NCBI GenBank assembly: GCA_031394045.1
Contig: JANMWN010000085.1
Location: forward strand, 1 to 57,006
Origin: Sporichthyaceae bacterium
GTDB lineage: Bacteria; Actinomycetota; Actinomycetes; Prado026
Direction: 5' to 3'
Length of the DNA stretch: 57,006 bases
The notes beneath the pieces are model-generated. The model did not search any database and was not told where the DNA came from. It was given only the letters and a program-made list of their open reading frames with translations. Positions 46,482 to 54,042 of the stretch are shown in pieces. Numbering within the stretch: the first letter of the stretch is position 1; each line of letters starts with the position of its first letter. Both the position numbers and the translations under genes were made by a program.

Positions 46482-47722
46482 CGCTGACCTGGCCAGTGGC
46501 GGGGGACCGGCGGTCGCCGGTGACTCGAGGCGTGCGTTCGGCCGGGCCGGCGGACCGGCTCGATCTCGTCGCCTACCTCGGCGTGTGTGCGTTGTACGCC
46601 ACGATCCCTTGGCAGGACGTCGTGCAGGTCTCGGGCATCGGCACGGTCGCCAAGGCGGTCGGCCTGCTGGTCATCGTGGTCTGCGGCCTTGCGCTCGGGG
46701 TCGGCGGCGGCTTCCGCCGACCTGGCGAGACGCTCGTGCTGATGCTGCTCTTCACCGGGTGGCTGGTGCTCTCGCCGCTCTGGAGCGCGTACCCGCAGGA
46801 GTCCTTCGCGCGCGGGGGCACGATGCTGCAGCTGGCAGTGATGGTGCTGCTCACCGTCCTGGCCGTCACCACGCCGCAACGGCTGAACGGACTCCTTGCG
46901 GCGTTCGTGGTAGGAGATCTCCTGCTTGGGATCAGCGCGCTGCAGCAGCGGGCTGGGGGCCCCACCCTGGTGCGTTACACGGCTGAGGGCACGAACCCGA
47001 ACGACGTCGCCTTCCTGATGTGCCTGGGGATCCCGATGGCGTGGTACCTCGCGGTGTCGCTCCGGAAGCCGGTGTGGCGCGCAGCGGCTGCCTGCTTCCC
47101 GCTGCTGGCCGTCTTCGTCGTCCTGCTCACGGCGTCGCGCTCGGCGCTGCTCCTGCTGCTGCCGGCGTTCGCCATCGTGCCGCTGACCATCCGGCTGCTC
47201 TCGCCGACGGCACGGACCCTGCTGGCGACACTGGTCCTCGTCGTCATGGCCGGGGTCGTCAGCGGGGGCCTGCTGCTGCCGTCCGCACCGTTGCAACGGC
47301 TGGGCACGACCTGGAGCGAGCTGCAGAGCGGCACGCTCGACAACCGCACGGTCCTGTGGGGGATCGGGCTGGACGTCTTCGAGCATCATCAGGTCATCGG
47401 GGTGGGCGCCGGTGTCGTCCCGGAGTACGTCGGGCAGAGCTATCCCCTTCAGGCCGGGGTCCACAACACCTACCTGTCGGTCGCGGTCCAGCTCGGGACG
47501 GTCGGCATCCTTCTGTTCGGCCTGCTGCTCATGTCGGCCGTACGCCACGCGGCCCTTGTCGCCGGGAGGGCCGAGCGGGCGATGGCCGTCGTGCTGGGCG
47601 TGGTCCTTGTCCTCGGGCTGCTGCCCCGGCACTGGGAGTTCTCGAAGGGGCTGTGGGCCGTCTTGGCCATCCTGGTCTGTATCGCAGCAACGGGTCGGGA
47701 ACCGAGGAGCCGTGATGGCTGA
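46478..47722 (+). CDS. O-antigen ligase/polymerase family membrane protein (Wzy-like)
   Basis: GTGA-coupled. 10 or more TM helices with a larger loop containing LQSGTLDNRTVLWG..GVGAG, typical of the Wzy_C family. Confidence 0.7.
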   Translation: MTLTWPVAGDRRSPVTRGVRSAGPADRLDLVAYLGVCALYATIPWQDVVQVSGIGTVAKAVGLLVIVVCGLALGVGGGFRRPGETLVLMLLFTGWLVLSPLWSAYPQESFARGGTMLQLAVMVLLTVLAVTTPQRLNGLLAAFVVGDLLLGISALQQRAGGPTLVRYTAEGTNPNDVAFLMCLGIPMAWYLAVSLRKPVWRAAAACFPLLAVFVVLLTASRSALLLLLPAFAIVPLTIRLLSPTARTLLATLVLVVMAGVVSGGLLLPSAPLQRLGTTWSELQSGTLDNRTVLWGIGLDVFEHHQVIGVGAGVVPEYVGQSYPLQAGVHNTYLSVAVQLGTVGILLFGLLLMSAVRHAALVAGRAERAMAVVLGVVLVLGLLPRHWEFSKGLWAVLAILVCIAATGREPRSRDG

Positions 47723-48539
47723 GCGCCCGCTGCCCTCGTTCACCGAGGCGACCGGGAACGTCAAGCTGCGTCCCCTCGAGGACGGGGTACGGGAGCCGGC
47801 GGCCACGACCCAGCGGTTCGTCGCCAGGGCGGCCGCAGCAGCCGGCCGGCCGGCCGGGCTGGTTCGGGTGCTCGACGTCGGCTGCGGCCGGGGTGACGCG
47901 GTGGCCTGGCTGTGCGACCGCGGCTACGACGCCCATGGGGTGGAGATCCGCAGCGACTATCTGGAGCGGGGGCGCGGCTTCCTCGAGCGGGAGGGGCACG
48001 GCGCGGACCGGCTGGCCGAGATCGTCGGTGGCAGCTACCCGTACGCTGACGGCACGTTCGACGTGGTGCTGTCGGACCAGGTGCTTGAGCACGTCGCGGA
48101 CCTGGCCGGGTTCGCCGCCGAGGTGGCGCGGGTTAGCGCCCCGGGCGCTGTCGGGCTGCACGTGTTCCCGGCGCGCTGGCGCCCGGTCGAGGTGCACATG
48201 AAGACCCCGCTGGTGCACTGGCTGCCCAAAGGGCGGGCCCGCCGTGCGGCGCTGCGGACGGTCCTGGGCGCCGGCCTCGGCGCGCCGTACTTCCCCGGGC
48301 TCGGGCTCGGTGACCGGGTCGAGGTCTTCGCGCGCTACAGCGACGCCGAGACGTTCTATCGCCCGCTCGCCCGCATCCAGGAGGTGTTCCGCGAGCACGG
48401 TCTCGACTCGGACGTCGCCGGCCCTTCCCGCGAGCGCGTCGCGGCTCGACTCCCCTCGATCCCCGTGCCGCTGAGACCCGCTGCGGGCCTGGTCTATCGG
48501 ACGGTGTTCTCGGTCTGCCTGGAGACCCTCCGCCGCTGA
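47715..48539 (+). CDS. class I SAM-dependent methyltransferase
   Basis: Overlaps the Wzy stop. VLDVGCGRGDA (motif I) and FDVVLSDQVLEHV. Confidence 0.8.
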   Translation: MAERPLPSFTEATGNVKLRPLEDGVREPAATTQRFVARAAAAAGRPAGLVRVLDVGCGRGDAVAWLCDRGYDAHGVEIRSDYLERGRGFLEREGHGADRLAEIVGGSYPYADGTFDVVLSDQVLEHVADLAGFAAEVARVSAPGAVGLHVFPARWRPVEVHMKTPLVHWLPKGRARRAALRTVLGAGLGAPYFPGLGLGDRVEVFARYSDAETFYRPLARIQEVFREHGLDSDVAGPSRERVAARLPSIPVPLRPAAGLVYRTVFSVCLETLRR

Positions 48540-48561
48540 GCCGGCTGATGGCCAGGTGCCG

Positions 48562-48684
48562 TCCGAGGACTCCACCCTGCGACTTGCCGAGCGGGCTCGG
48601 CCAGCTCCGCCCAACCGGGATCTCATGGCGGGTGTCTCCGTGTCCCGGCAACCCCTCCGACCCCGATTTGCGATCGAGTTCTAG
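48562..48684 (+). pseudogene. remnant of an AbiEii-WYL C-terminus
   Basis: ..SEDSTLRL..MAGVSVSRQPLRPRFAIEF* aligns to the last ~42 aa of 54039..55211 (..SEGNLRL..IAGVSVTREPFQPRFAIEF*). There is an internal frameshift, and nucleotide homology continues downstream to core c. Confidence 0.65.
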
Positions 48685-48878
48685 CTCCGCCAAGTGGTTC
48701 GAGTAGCGCGAGTTTCAGAACAAGATCGTTTGTCTGCAGAATGTCAACAGCACGTGCAACGACGACCGTGGACGCCGCTGGACGTCCCCGGACTTCGACG
48801 GGCCGCTGACCTGCGAAGACACCTGATCCACCGGCGTCCAGGACCGTCCAGCCGGTGCGCGGACGTCCGTTGCTCCCG

Positions 48879-48923
48879 CGGCTCATAACCCAGAGGTCGC
48901 AGGTTCAAATCCTGCCCCGCTAC
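48879..48923 (+). repeat. att core c: 3' half of tRNA-Met(CAT), 1-nt deletion
   Basis: Same as cores a and b, but the C5 run is C4 (CCTGCCCCGCTAC). Confidence 0.85.
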
Positions 48924-48936
48924 GAAGTAAGTGCCG

Positions 48937-48969
48937 ATCAGGCCCATGATCATTGATCATGGGCCTGAT
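48937..48969 (+). terminator. 33-nt palindrome after core c
   Basis: ATCAGGCCCATGATCA-T-TGATCATGGGCCTGAT. The stem differs from the core b hairpin by paired (compensatory) changes. Confidence 0.45.
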
Positions 48970-49108
48970 TCGTTGTCGGCAAAATGTCAACAGCGGCTTA
49001 CTTCGTGCTCGGGTCAACCGGCCGATTCATGGTGGGCGCCTGTCAGTCCTGGACAACGGTGGACGTCGGTGGACGCAAGGGCTGGCTCGAGGCGCAGATT
49101 GGTGCGAT

Positions 49109-49134
49109 GACCTCTGGGTCGATTCCCAGAGGTC
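49109..49134. repeat. perfect 10-bp inverted repeat GACCTCTGGG-N6-CCCAGAGGTC
   Basis: The right arm is identical to 10 nt of the att core (CCCAGAGGTC). A related half-copy GACCTCTGGGTCATTCGCCCAG is at about 10853-10875, right of core a. Confidence 0.6.
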
Positions 49135-49406
49135 CCGCGTTGAGAGTTGTTGTGGCTCCACGCGGTCACAGGTACCACCTTCGTCTGGACCCGACGAAGG
49201 TAGGGCGAGCCACCGACGCTGCGTCGTAGCCCGCGCGCCGGATCCACAGGGCGCCAGTCGCGCGGGTTGTGCACAGCCGGGCCGCCGCCCCCGCGACCGC
49301 TTGCAACCACTTGCCAGTGTTCGGGAATGGCAGACATCACAGACCTCCCGCCCTCCGGCCCCGGGATCCGTCGGTCCGTCCCCGTGGCTGGACTTTCGAT
49401 CTCGGT

Positions 49407-49934
49407 GTGCCCGACCTCCTTGCGCCGTACGCATCCGCGTCCGCGCTCGAGGCGGATCGTGCGCTCGGCGCGCCTGTCGGCGCCGGCGAGCGATCGGGGC
49501 CTGGCGGCTCGATTGGCCTGCTCCATTTCGCGGGTCTCGGCGCGACCGAGGCTGCGATCCTCCTCGAGCGCCTGCCTCCGGGCGATCTGCTCGACAGGCA
49601 GAACTTCTCGCCCACGCTGGGCGCGTTTCTCCGCTCGGCCGTGGCGTACCCCGGCGAGGTCGAGCTGCACGGCTACTGCGTAGGACCGGACCGGGAGGAC
49701 GAGCGTGTCTCTGTCGAGGGGGTGCTGCTGTATGCGCACTCGGAGCTGATCATCGCCCAGGAGACTCCCTGGCGCGAGGCTCCTCATCCCGCGAGTTGCC
49801 AGTGCGCCGAGCTGTGGCGGATCGCCCAGCACCAGTACGGGCTGGCCGACGCCGAGTGCCCACCGGACGAGTACGGGCGGTTCCGTTCGAGGCGGCGACC
49901 GGACGAGCATTGTTGGCGGCTGTGGTGGGACTGA
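49407..49934 (+). CDS. hypothetical protein upstream of the primase-like/helicase gene
   Basis: Strong third-position GC in this frame through 49934. The start is uncertain (GTG 49407; the ATG at 49327 is in another frame). No family recognised. Confidence 0.45.
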   Translation: MPDLLAPYASASALEADRALGAPVGAGERSGPGGSIGLLHFAGLGATEAAILLERLPPGDLLDRQNFSPTLGAFLRSAVAYPGEVELHGYCVGPDREDERVSVEGVLLYAHSELIIAQETPWREAPHPASCQCAELWRIAQHQYGLADAECPPDEYGRFRSRRRPDEHCWRLWWD

Positions 49935-49994
49935 CAGGCGCAGAGTGCATGGCGACGCAAGCTGCGTAGCTGGGTCGTAGGTAGCGTTCTCCTG

Positions 49995-50381
49995 GTGGAA
50001 GATGAGCTCGCCACATTGCGTGCGGAGGTACAGCGCCTTCGTGCGGAAACCATGCGATTGAACGCATTGCTGAAGCTCACGCCGTCAGAGGCGGGGCCGC
50101 CGGGGCCAGCGCAGACGGGCGGCTTGGGTCTCCGTGGTGGACCGGTGTCAGTCGCATCTGCGCCGGCTGCGAAGGTGGCGTTCTTCGGGGCACTGTTCGT
50201 GGCACGTTCAGATGTGTACGCGGTCAGGTGGGAGAGCGCGCGCGGCGACCGAGCTGGTTGGATGCCCGCCGTCGCCGGTGGGTGGCGCCGTGGGATGACG
50301 GCACGGTCGGCGAAACATCTACCGCTGACCGCCGCGGTGATCACTGCGCACCTGGCCGGCGAGATTGACGTAGGCCTTTCT
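49995..50381 (+). pseudogene. primase-polymerase-like/SF2 helicase fusion, N-terminal fragment
   Basis: Coiled coil LATLRAEVQRLRAETMRLNALL, then FFGALFVARSDVYAVRWESARGDRAGWMPAV..LPLTAAVITAHLAGEIDVGL. It is cut by the ISL3 left end. Confidence 0.6.
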
Positions 50382-51842
50382 GGCTCCTCTGACGCTTCCG
50401 TGGGTGTCTGAGAGCCACTGACGGGCGACACGCCGTTCTCCGCCTACGGTTTCGAGTGTCGAGTTCGTCTTCGCAGGTGTCAGGGGAACGGCGTGCGCAA
50501 CGCAAGGTTATGGGCTGGGCTGCTGGGGATCGAGAAGGCGTCGATCGTGAGGATCGAGTACGACGAGGATGAGCAGGTTCTGGTCGCGCATGTGAAGCCG
50601 TATGAGCGGGAGCGCAGGCGCTGTCCGCAGTGCGGTCGGCGGTGCCCGGTCTATGACCGGGGTGAAGGCCGGCGCCGGTGGCGTGCCCTTGATCTGGGGA
50701 CGATGGTGGCCGAGCTTGAGGCGGACGCGCCCAGGGTCAGCTGCCGGGAGCATGGGGTGCTGGTCGCGGCGGTGCCGTGGGCTCGGCATCACGCTGGTCA
50801 CACTCGGTTCTTCGATGATCAGGTCGCGTGGTTGGCCGTGCAGACCTCCAAGACGGCCGTGACGCGGTTGATGCGGATCGCGTGGCGCACGGTCGGGTCG
50901 ATCATCACCCGGGTGGTCGCTGACCTCGATGCGACCGTCGATCGGCTCGAGGGGCTACGTCGGATCGGGATCGATGAGATCAGCTACAAGAAGGGCCACC
51001 GCTACATCACGGTGGTGATCTGTCACGACAGCCGCCGGCTGGTCTGGGCCGCGCCAGGCCGTGACCGGGCAACTGTGGGGGCGTTCTTCGACGCTCTCGG
51101 ACCAGAACGCACCGCCCTGCTGACGCACGTGTCCGCGGACGGGGCTGACTGGATCGCCTATGTGGTCGGCAAACGCGCACCCAACGCGATCCGTTGCGCC
51201 GATGCCTTCCACGTCGTCTCCTGGGCGACCGAGGCTCTGGACAAGGTCCGTCGGCAGGCCTGGAACGACGCTCGTGTGCTGGCCCGGACCGAGCCGAAGG
51301 GACGCGCCGGCCGACCTGGCAAGGACGGGACGCAAGCGTCCGGCCCACGACCTGGGCACGAGCGCGCCAGGGCACTCAAGCACGCCCGCTACGCGCTCTG
51401 GAAGAACCCCGAGAACCTCACGGCCAAGCAGCAGACCAAGCTGGACTGGGTCGCGGCGACCGACCCCGTGCTGCACCGCGCCTACCTGCTCAAAGAGGGC
51501 CTACGGACAGTGTTCGTCCTCGGCCACAGCGACGGACCCGACGCCGGAATCGAGGCCCTGGACCGGTGGCTCGCCTGGGCTGCACGGAGTCGACTAGAAG
51601 CGTTCGTCGATCTCGGCCGCAAGATCCGCCGACACCGACCGCAGATCCAAGCCGCCATCCGAGAAGACCTCTCCAACGCCCTCGTCGAGTCGACCAACAC
51701 CAAGATCCGCGTCCTGACCCGCGTCGCCTTCGGCTTCCACTCCGCCGAGGCACTCATCGCCCTCGCCATGCTCAGCCTCGGCGGCTACCGACCCGACCTC
51801 CTCGGACGCACCCAATGACCCACGGATCAGTCAGGAGAGTCC
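50382..51842 (+). mobile_element. ISL3 family insertion sequence
   Basis: Terminal inverted repeats GGCTCCTCTGACGCTTCCGTGGGT (left) and GGACTCTCCTGACTGATCCGTGGGT (right, reverse complement), about 19/25 matching. Single transposase ORF. No perfect 8-bp target duplication. Confidence 0.75.
50493..51818 (+). CDS. ISL3 family transposase
   Basis: 441 aa. MRNARLWAGLLGIEKASIVRIEYDEDEQVLVAHVKP..RRCPQCGRRCPVYD (zinc-finger region), ..DEISYKKGHRYITVV.. and the C-terminal DDE region are typical of ISL3. Confidence 0.9.
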   Translation: MRNARLWAGLLGIEKASIVRIEYDEDEQVLVAHVKPYERERRRCPQCGRRCPVYDRGEGRRRWRALDLGTMVAELEADAPRVSCREHGVLVAAVPWARHHAGHTRFFDDQVAWLAVQTSKTAVTRLMRIAWRTVGSIITRVVADLDATVDRLEGLRRIGIDEISYKKGHRYITVVICHDSRRLVWAAPGRDRATVGAFFDALGPERTALLTHVSADGADWIAYVVGKRAPNAIRCADAFHVVSWATEALDKVRRQAWNDARVLARTEPKGRAGRPGKDGTQASGPRPGHERARALKHARYALWKNPENLTAKQQTKLDWVAATDPVLHRAYLLKEGLRTVFVLGHSDGPDAGIEALDRWLAWAARSRLEAFVDLGRKIRRHRPQIQAAIREDLSNALVESTNTKIRVLTRVAFGFHSAEALIALAMLSLGGYRPDLLGRTQ

Positions 51843-53146
51843 GTTTTCTTCGCTCGTACGACGAAACCATCGCTGGTGACCTCGTTCTACCTCGTCGCAT
51901 GCTCGCGCTCGTCGAGTCCCTAGTGGCCGAACAAGGGTCGCGGCTAGATATGACGGACACACGTCCGGACGGATTGCCCATCGGGCTGGAGTTCCGCGGA
52001 ACCCTGCATGACGTGCAGGTGGCTGCGTTGCAGGCGGTCACTGCCCACGACCTGGGTGTCTTCGTCGCACCACCAGGTGCTGGCAAGACTGTGGTCGCCC
52101 TCGCCGCCGCCGCGAAGGCTGGGTGGCCGACTCTGGTTCTGGTCGATCGAAAGACGCTCGCCGACCAGTGGCGGGCCCAGATCACGGGGCTGTTGGGCGT
52201 TAAAGCGGGGCAACTCGGCGGAGGCCGAACCAAACGTGGCGGCGTCGTGGACGTCGCGATGTTGCAGACGTTGGCTCGCCGCGACGACGTCGCGGAGCTG
52301 ACCACGTCATACGGGCTTGTCATCGTTGATGAATGCCACCATGTACCGGCCGCTGCATTCGAGGATGTAGTGCGACAGATCCCGGCCCGCCGCTGGCTCG
52401 GGCTGACGGCGACTCCCTATCGGCGCGACCGGCTGGACGATCTCATCGCTCTGCAACTGGAGCCCGTAAGACACACCATCAGCGCGGAGGCCCCGTCGAC
52501 CGGGCAGCTTCCCGTTGAGGGCGTCGTCCCGGCACCCGAGCGCAAGCTCGTTGTTCATCACACCTCTTACAGGTACCACGGGGACGCCGATCCCGGCGCT
52601 CCTGGCGGAATGGCCGCGATCTACCGAGACCTCGTCGCCAACGACGACAGGCTTGCGCACGTTGTCGACGGTGTCGCCGAGGCAATGAGTCGCGGTCGCC
52701 ATTGCATGGTGTTGACCCAGTGGACCGCTCACGTAGACCGACTTGCCGCGGAGTTGACCGACCGGGAGTACGACCCCATTGTGCTCATCGGCGGGATGGG
52801 AGCCCGAGCTCGGGTGGCGGCCCTGGCCAGGCTTGATCCTGGTGTGGGTGATTCTCCGCTGCTTGTCGTTGCCACTGGTCCCTACGTCGGTGAAGGCTTT
52901 GACTGCCCGGTGCTGGACACTCTCTTCCTCGCTGCGCCCATCTCATTCTCTGGACGGCTGGTTCAGTACGCCGGTCGTGTCCTGCGGCCCTGGCCAGGCA
53001 AGGAGGTTGCCGAAGTGCACGACTACGTCGATGTGGGCGTACCCGTGCTTGCATCCTCGATGGCGAAGCGAGCGCGCGGCTACACCAGTCTCGGCTTCCC
53101 CGACCCCCGTCGACTCGAAGCCGTGGCGTCGAGTTCCGGAGTCTGA
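51842..53146 (+). pseudogene. primase-polymerase-like/SF2 helicase fusion, C-terminal helicase fragment
   Basis: Resumes at RFLRSYDET.. Helicase motifs APPGAGKT (I), DECHH (II), TATP (III) and QYAGRVLR (VI). The upstream part of the 650-aa track ORF is an out-of-frame overlap with the transposase. Confidence 0.7.
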
Positions 53147-53157
53147 GTGAGGCGGCC

Positions 53158-54042
53158 ATGAGCCGGAACACCCTGCTGGTCGACATCGCCAAGCCAGTTG
53201 TTCACTCAAGCAGCGGACAAGTGGTGTACTGTTGTCCCATGAGCGCGGGCATCTCGGGAAGATCGCGAGCGGACTTGGCCCAGATCACCGGCCATGGACG
53301 GCGATTCGTCACGGTCGCAGATGCTGCCGACTCGCTGAGGGTCGAACGGCCTGAGGCCGCCAGACGGCTGGCGCGCTGGGCTGAGCAAGGGTGGCTACGT
53401 CGAGTAAGGCGTGACCTCTACATCCCGGTTCCCGTCGACACGGTGCACCCGGAAGGGTGGGGCGCCGACCCGCTGGTGCTCGCCGACGCGGTGTGGGGTC
53501 CCTGCTACGCGACAGGCTGGACGGCAGCAAACCACTGGGGGCTGACCGAGCAGAGCTTTCGGACCACGGTGGTCAAGACGGTGCAACGGGTTCGTCGAAC
53601 CGATCAGCGGTTGCTGGACAACGACTTTCTCATCGCGCATACCTCGCCGGAGTTGCTGACCTGGGGGATGAAGCGGGAGTGGCGCGAGGAACGGCGGATT
53701 CAGATCGCGGATCCCGCCCGTACCGTGATCGATGCGCTTGACGACCTACGACTCGTCGGAGGGATACGGCTGGCAACGGAGATTCTCGCCGCCTACCTCG
53801 ACGCACACGACCCCGACAGCCTGGTCAGCTACGGCGATCGTCTCGCGAACCGCACAGTCTTCAAACGCATCGGGCTGCTTGGGGAAGTCATCGGGGCAAA
53901 TCCGGGACTGCTTGCTGACTGTGAAAGCCGACTGTCGGCAGGCTTTCCTATGCTCGATCCGACCCAGCCACCGGCTGGGATCCGCTCCCAGCGATGGCGT
54001 CTGCTGGTGAACGCTCGCATCGATGATCTGGAGCCTTCTTGA
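53158..54042 (+). CDS. abiEi: AbiEi family type IV toxin-antitoxin antitoxin
   Basis: N-terminal wHTH (FVTVADAADSLRVERPEAARRLARWAEQGWLRRVRRDLY) and a C-terminal AbiEi_4-like domain. Alternative start at Met 53239. Confidence 0.75.
   Translation: MSRNTLLVDIAKPVVHSSSGQVVYCCPMSAGISGRSRADLAQITGHGRRFVTVADAADSLRVERPEAARRLARWAEQGWLRRVRRDLYIPVPVDTVHPEGWGADPLVLADAVWGPCYATGWTAANHWGLTEQSFRTTVVKTVQRVRRTDQRLLDNDFLIAHTSPELLTWGMKREWREERRIQIADPARTVIDALDDLRLVGGIRLATEILAAYLDAHDPDSLVSYGDRLANRTVFKRIGLLGEVIGANPGLLADCESRLSAGFPMLDPTQPPAGIRSQRWRLLVNARIDDLEPS

Larger units (their letters stand above)
31585..48923. mobile_element. island 3: integrase-less island carrying the polysaccharide cluster (core b to core c)
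   Basis: Bounded by direct core repeats. The left arm is homologous to the left arm of island 4, and the right arm (AbiEii remnant plus TGGACG sites) is homologous to the right arm of island 4. Confidence 0.55.

Noticed and set aside
49125-49165. A fifth, degenerate att core (CCCAGAGGTCCCGCGTTGAGAGTTG..)
   Set aside because: Only the first 10 nt match the core. The rest is at chance-level similarity. It is better explained as one arm of the 49109-49134 inverted repeat.
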